Sequence record: DRR378314_1883
Direction: 5' to 3' (one strand)
Length of the DNA: 64,000 nucleotides
The first letter of the stretch is position 1, and each line of letters starts with the position of its first letter. A program made the position numbers and the translations under genes. Positions 59,398 to 64,000 of this stretch are shown here, piece after piece. The notes below the pieces were generated by a model. That model was not told the origin of the DNA. It saw nothing but the letters and a program-made list of their open reading frames with translations, and ran no database searches.

Positions 59398-60417
59398 TTA
59401 TTTCCTGCTAAAAATATGATGTTGGGTTGCTGTAAAATAATCACAGAAAATTTGGTTTAACTTATTGCCTTTTGTACTTGCCTTCACTCCCAAACTTGGA
59501 AAGATTTCTATGATATTCCGAGAAATTCCTTTCACCGATTGAACTGCTACATTGTGTATTTCTTCCATATAATCCGCCTCAATTGCCCTTTTTTCATCAA
59601 TCCTTTTCTCAATTTCACTGGCGTAAGAGAATATTTTTCGATTGGACTCTAGAATAGTCTCTTCCAACGCGTCCAACTTCCGATTGTCTATATCCGCAGA
59701 GGCTTCTTCCATTAAATGTTCAGCTATTCCAATATAATTTATCCATAAAGTTAAATCGGCAAATAGGGCAAAGGGAATTTTAAAAATAGGGTGAGGCAAA
59801 TAGCAACCATTATAGCCGAAACTACAGCTCTTATGGGCCATATAATCTGCAACAGCAAAAGAATGGGTGGCGGTAGCTTTTAGCCCCATGGTATTCCAAT
59901 CTTCAATTACCTGTACTGCATCTTTAGGAATTACAAATGACTGCACCCTAGGCGACCCGTCATTATTCCGCAATTTGATCCCGTTTTCCACAATTTCCGC
60001 GTTCAATGTGAAATGTGTGAGGTAGGGAGCGCCAGTGGCATAGCGCCATTTTCCCGAAATTCTGAAATAATCACCAACTATTTCAGCCTTTCCAAAAACT
60101 CCTCCACTTCCCCCTAAACAAGGGGAAACCCCTGTCGTCATAAAAATTTCCTGAGCTTTAATTGGCTGTAAATTGCCTATAAAATAATTGGCCCCACTAC
60201 ATAGTGTGATGGTCCATCCCAAGCTGGCATCAATCTTGGCCAATTCCCTAAGCCGGGCCAATCCCGCTGTTAGGGATAGTTCCAATCCACCATAAGTTTT
60301 AGGGACCCATATGTTCCATAGGTTTTCATTTATGATCCAATCCAAAACATCTTGTGGAAATACATCGACTTCCCAATTTATTCTACTATGCTTGTGCAGG
60401 CTGTCTACTAATGTCAT
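59398..60417 (-). CDS. Acyl-CoA dehydrogenase-fold flavoprotein (flavin-dependent monooxygenase-like)
   Basis: VPKTYGGLE, DASLGW, SGKWRYATG, DWNTMGLKATATH. Confidence 0.8.
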   Translation of the reverse strand: MTLVDSLHKHSRINWEVDVFPQDVLDWIINENLWNIWVPKTYGGLELSLTAGLARLRELAKIDASLGWTITLCSGANYFIGNLQPIKAQEIFMTTGVSPCLGGSGGVFGKAEIVGDYFRISGKWRYATGAPYLTHFTLNAEIVENGIKLRNNDGSPRVQSFVIPKDAVQVIEDWNTMGLKATATHSFAVADYMAHKSCSFGYNGCYLPHPIFKIPFALFADLTLWINYIGIAEHLMEEASADIDNRKLDALEETILESNRKIFSYASEIEKRIDEKRAIEADYMEEIHNVAVQSVKGISRNIIEIFPSLGVKASTKGNKLNQIFCDYFTATQHHIFSRK

Positions 60418-60988
60418 CTATAATTAATTTTCTCCATTTAAAATATCCCGAGGTTCCCACTATAAACAAGAAAATGGTGAGGCCTGCATAAATGTACAGT
60501 TCTTTGTAAAAGAGCAAGGGAATTGAAATTATATTACTAATATTTAAGTAGATCCAATTCTCCATTTTTCTTTTGGCCATGAGCCACATCCCGGCCCAGG
60601 CAAAGGCACTAACAGCCGCATCCCAGATAGGAACATCCGAATTGGTATGAAATCTTAGCCAGTAGACCATAAGTGCAAAACAGGCGATCACAATACCAAC
60701 TGCCTTTATTTGTTCTGCCTTATTCGAGTAAGTAATAGGACTTTCTTCTTTTTGACTACCATACTTCCAATAAAGCCAACCGTAGATACTCATAAGCAAA
60801 TAGTATAGATGAAGTATAATATCCGCATACAGTTTTGTTTGGTATAGGACCCAAATACCAATTAAAATGGAAACAATTCCAAATAAATAATTATGGATAT
60901 TATTATTCCTTGCCAATAGCACTTGGGCTACTCCAAGGACTGTTCCAGTTGCCTGTAACCATGTAAGCTGTGTGAAAAAATTCTCCAT
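60386..60988 (-). CDS. pnuC: PnuC-family vitamin transporter, probably thiamine-specific (PnuT)
   Basis: LYAD, SIYGWLYW, WDA, WLMAKRKMENW, GYFKW; preceded by a TPP riboswitch. Confidence 0.9.
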   Translation of the reverse strand: MENFFTQLTWLQATGTVLGVAQVLLARNNNIHNYLFGIVSILIGIWVLYQTKLYADIILHLYYLLMSIYGWLYWKYGSQKEESPITYSNKAEQIKAVGIVIACFALMVYWLRFHTNSDVPIWDAAVSAFAWAGMWLMAKRKMENWIYLNISNIISIPLLFYKELYIYAGLTIFLFIVGTSGYFKWRKLIIDDISRQPAQA

Positions 60989-61061
60989 CGATTCCCTAAC
61001 TTTAATTTATGAAATGGGAAGATGAAGAAAGTAGTGATTTGCAATGGTGCAACATCGAACT

Positions 61062-61155
61062 AAAATCCCTACGCCGGCATTATCCGGATCAGGTTCGGAG
61101 TTAAAACTCCTGGGTATCATCTCAGCCTGCCCATATTGGCAAGCACCCCATTTCA
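61062..61155 (-). ncRNA. TPP riboswitch
   Basis: Minus strand reads GGGGTGC...GCTGAGA..ATACCC...GAACCTGATCCGGATAATGCCGGCGTAGGGA, the THI-box consensus. Confidence 0.95.
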
Positions 61156-61302
61156 AGGACAAAGCTAAAACTAATTTGCGATTTGCACTCCGTTTTTGGA
61201 TATGTATTTAAAAAAAAGATTGTTTAAAGCCGGATAGCCATACTCGAAAGTAAAAGTATAACCATAAAATAGGTCTGTCATCCAGGTTAAGAGGGTGAAT
61301 AT

Positions 61303-62172
61303 CTAATCCTTCTTCACCAAAGTATTCAACACCAAGGCCGAAATGATCATAAATAGTCCAATAAAACTATAAATAGTGTAGGACTCATTGAACCATAAAA
61401 CACCAATGGAAATTGTAAAAATTACCTCAATGTATTTTAAGGGAGCAACCAGGTTTGTTTTTGCAATTTGAAATGCCTTGGTCATATATATTTGCCCCAT
61501 GAAACCAAATACACCTAACAATAGTAAAAACATCCATTCGTAACCTATAGGCCTAACCCAAACAGTTATAGCCAAAAGTCCGCCAATTACGGTCCCTACG
61601 AACATAAAATAATTTACTACAACTGCAGGGTGATCGGAAACTCCTATTTTTCTAATAACCACATAAACCATTCCACTAAAAACAGAGGCGGTTAAGATGA
61701 GGGTCAGCCCTATAGTATTAATATTGCCATCAAACCCTTTTAAAACCAGTACCCCTGCAAAGGCAGTCAGGAAGAAAAGCCATTGAATATTTTTCAACTT
61801 TTCCCTTAACAAGAAAACCGCAAAAACAGCAGCAAAAATAGGGGCTATATACCGTAATGAAACTGCAGTACCAACATTCAAGTATTTTAAGGAAAAAAAG
61901 AACAAACTCATAGCCGTTAGGCCCAACACAGCTCTTAACAACATAAGTCTTCTCTTGATACCAAATATGGGAATCCCCTTGACCAAAATATAGGTTGTTG
62001 CCAACACCAAGGAACCAAAACATCTAAAGAATACAATTTGAAATGTTGGGATCCGGTCTAAATACTTCACGGATACATTCATCAACGCAAATGAAAAGGT
62101 ACTGATGGTCATAAAAAGCAATGCTTTTTTAAAATCCAGTCCGGAAGATTTACTCCATTTAATATGTAACAA
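61303..62172 (-). CDS. DMT/EamA family transporter (start uncertain)
   Basis: About 10 TMs; QIVFFR, APIF..FLLREK, MTKAF, APLKY. Confidence 0.88.
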   Translation of the reverse strand: MLHIKWSKSSGLDFKKALLFMTISTFSFALMNVSVKYLDRIPTFQIVFFRCFGSLVLATTYILVKGIPIFGIKRRLMLLRAVLGLTAMSLFFFSLKYLNVGTAVSLRYIAPIFAAVFAVFLLREKLKNIQWLFFLTAFAGVLVLKGFDGNINTIGLTLILTASVFSGMVYVVIRKIGVSDHPAVVVNYFMFVGTVIGGLLAITVWVRPIGYEWMFLLLLGVFGFMGQIYMTKAFQIAKTNLVAPLKYIEVIFTISIGVLWFNESYTIYSFIGLFMIISALVLNTLVKKD

Positions 62173-62638
62173 AATAGCGTTGTTGTTTTGCCAAGGCCAA
62201 TATTTATTGGCCTAAAATCGCTAAGGTATAAAAACCTCCCCCATACTTCCTTTAAGAACAGTATGAATTGTCCTAATTTGATGAATTTCATGATTTTTAA
62301 CCGGACACAGTCGCAGAGGTTGGTGCAATTAATTAGCTGTGTTTGGTTCTTGTGATAATCCGATCACAATCCTAATCGGAATGGCAAACCTAACTACCTG
62401 CAACCAAAATACTGTTTTACAGTTATTTATAAAATCCTATTTCCCTTTGCAGGCCTATTTGCACACTCAAAACCTAGAAGGAACCCTAAAGATCTATATC
62501 GTATATTCCCCAGTAGCAGCCAAATTGGACAAAATATTTCTTGAGCACAAATTAATGAATGTATAATTTCAATTTCTTTTGACAAGACAAGCTAAACTTA
62601 TCTATAGATGACGCCCCGTATAGATTCTGTTATAAGAT

Positions 62639-62673
62639 CAAAATCACACCTAAATGATTTAGGTGTGATTTTG
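62639..62673. terminator. Perfect 17-bp-arm inverted repeat just after the SSS transporter stop
   Basis: CAAAATCACACCTAAAT-G-ATTTAGGTGTGATTTTG. Confidence 0.65.
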
Positions 62674-62690
62674 GTGGAAAATAAATTAAT

Positions 62691-64000
62691 TTAAGATAAA
62701 TAAACATAAATCCCAATTACCGCAGCCAAAATAGCATACCCAACCGGCTTTAAATATTTCCAAGGTTTAATATCAACCTGCCTCGTATATTCTTGGGTGT
62801 AGTCTGTTTCCCGAGGAGCAAATTGGCTAACAACAAACATGATTATTATAGTTAATACGAACAATATGCCCATAAGGTGTAAGAAACTGATATTGGGTTT
62901 AATGACATACAGTGTAACCAAGTATGTAACAACACTAAACAAAATAGAAATGTTTGCAGCTTTTCCAGACACACGCTTAGAAAAAATCCCAACAATAATA
63001 ATTGCCAAAATGGGGACGCTATGTGTACCGTTCAATTCTTGCAGGTATGTAAATATCCCACCTTGAACACCATAAAGCAACGGTGCAATTCCCATCGAAA
63101 ATAGAGCCAAGATAATACCAAATATTTTACCTGCCTTTACTACCTGTTTCTCTGAGGCGTCCTTATTTATATATTCTTTATAAAAATCAAGACCAAATAA
63201 AGTCACCGAACTATTTAAGGCGCTATTAAAAGAACTCAAAATGGCTCCAAAAAGTACAGCCGCAAAAAATCCTATAAATGCCAACGGGAGCACAGCCTTT
63301 ACAACCATAGGATATGCTTCATCTGCATTGGCCAGATCACCATTGAAAAGATAAAACGCTATTATACCGGGCAGCACCACTATAAAAGGGCCCAGCATTT
63401 TAATAAATGCCGCCAATAGAAGGCCTATTTGCCCTTCTTTTAAATTTTTAGCACCAAGTGCTCTTTGAATAATCGCTTGATTCGTTCCCCAATAGTAAAA
63501 GTTAACTATAATCATCCCAGTAAAAAGTGTCCAAAATGGTACGTCGGAATCTGGTCCTCCAATAATATCAAATTTCTCAGGAAGTGCTGTGGTCAATATT
63601 TTTAAACCTGAAAATACATTGCCATCACCTATCTTCATCAAACCAAAAATGGGAATTAGAGACCCCCCAATAATCAAACCTACTGCATTAACAGTATCAG
63701 ATACGGCCACTGCTTTTAGACCTCCAAAAATAGCATAGATACTACCAATTATGCCAATTGACCAGACCGTTACCCAAAGTGCCGGCTCTGGGTTCATTCC
63801 AATCATCTCAGGAATATCGAACATAGAATTAATGGCCAAAGCTCCTGAGTATAGAACAGTAGGAAGCATAGAAATGGCATACCCCAAAAGGAACAGCATA
63901 GAAACTATGGTCTTGGTAGATTTACCATATCTTTTTTCCAAAAATTGAGGAATGGTGGTAATACCTCCTTTTAGATATTTAGGCAATAATATAAAGGCTG
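62691..64000 (-). CDS. Sodium:solute symporter (YidK-like), 5' end outside the window
   Basis: TIPQFLEKRY, GGLKAVAVSD, YWGTNQAIIQRALGAK, SSFNSALNS; frame stays open to the window edge. Confidence 0.92.
   Translation of the reverse strand, partial: AFILLPKYLKGGITTIPQFLEKRYGKSTKTIVSMLFLLGYAISMLPTVLYSGALAINSMFDIPEMIGMNPEPALWVTVWSIGIIGSIYAIFGGLKAVAVSDTVNAVGLIIGGSLIPIFGLMKIGDGNVFSGLKILTTALPEKFDIIGGPDSDVPFWTLFTGMIIVNFYYWGTNQAIIQRALGAKNLKEGQIGLLLAAFIKMLGPFIVVLPGIIAFYLFNGDLANADEAYPMVVKAVLPLAFIGFFAAVLFGAILSSFNSALNSSVTLFGLDFYKEYINKDASEKQVVKAGKIFGIILALFSMGIAPLLYGVQGGIFTYLQELNGTHSVPILAIIIVGIFSKRVSGKAANISILFSVVTYLVTLYVIKPNISFLHLMGILFVLTIIIMFVVSQFAPRETDYTQEYTRQVDIKPWKYLKPVGYAILAAVIGIYVYLS

Noticed and set aside
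62173-62638. Short ORFs 62109-62291 and 62339-62566
   Set aside because: Non-ATG or weak starts and no motifs; likely non-coding

Overview
Chromosomal window from a Bacteroidota bacterium, most likely Flavobacteriaceae (inferred from gene families, TAnnTTTG-type promoters and AT-rich intergenic DNA). No rRNA, tRNA, CRISPR array or transposase was seen. In order: (1) a stress/regulatory module (two AraC regulators, REC plus CHASE3/PAS kinase, Dps, small proteins) bracketed by a short repeated palindrome; (2) an acyl-CoA catabolic operon (two SDRs, MaoC-crotonase fusion, ACAD plus APH kinase, lva/ACAD10-11-like); (3) a haem/NO-sensing operon (REC, H-NOX, PAS kinase, FIST/NosP, kinase, Hpt, and a LytTR regulator broken by one in-frame TGA) next to (4) an uncharacterised glycan synthesis/export cluster (TPR-beta-barrel, flippase, GT4, clan-A glycoside hydrolase, Ig-like lipoprotein, GT-C-like membrane protein, REC-GT2 fusion). 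Four promoters across (3) and (4) share a 21-bp-period direct repeat at a fixed distance from the -7 TTTG, which ties them into one putative regulon and is the best candidate for a new system. Then: sulfatase, transporters, an FNR-box module, a Fur-boxed TonB receptor plus PepSY-TM, nhaA, FUSC, a CarH/LitR-like B12 photoreceptor with a repeated operator and its folE-containing cluster, a TPP riboswitch-pnuC-flavoprotein operon, an EamA transporter and a 5'-truncated sodium:solute symporter. All calls come from motif recognition by eye; no database searches were run.
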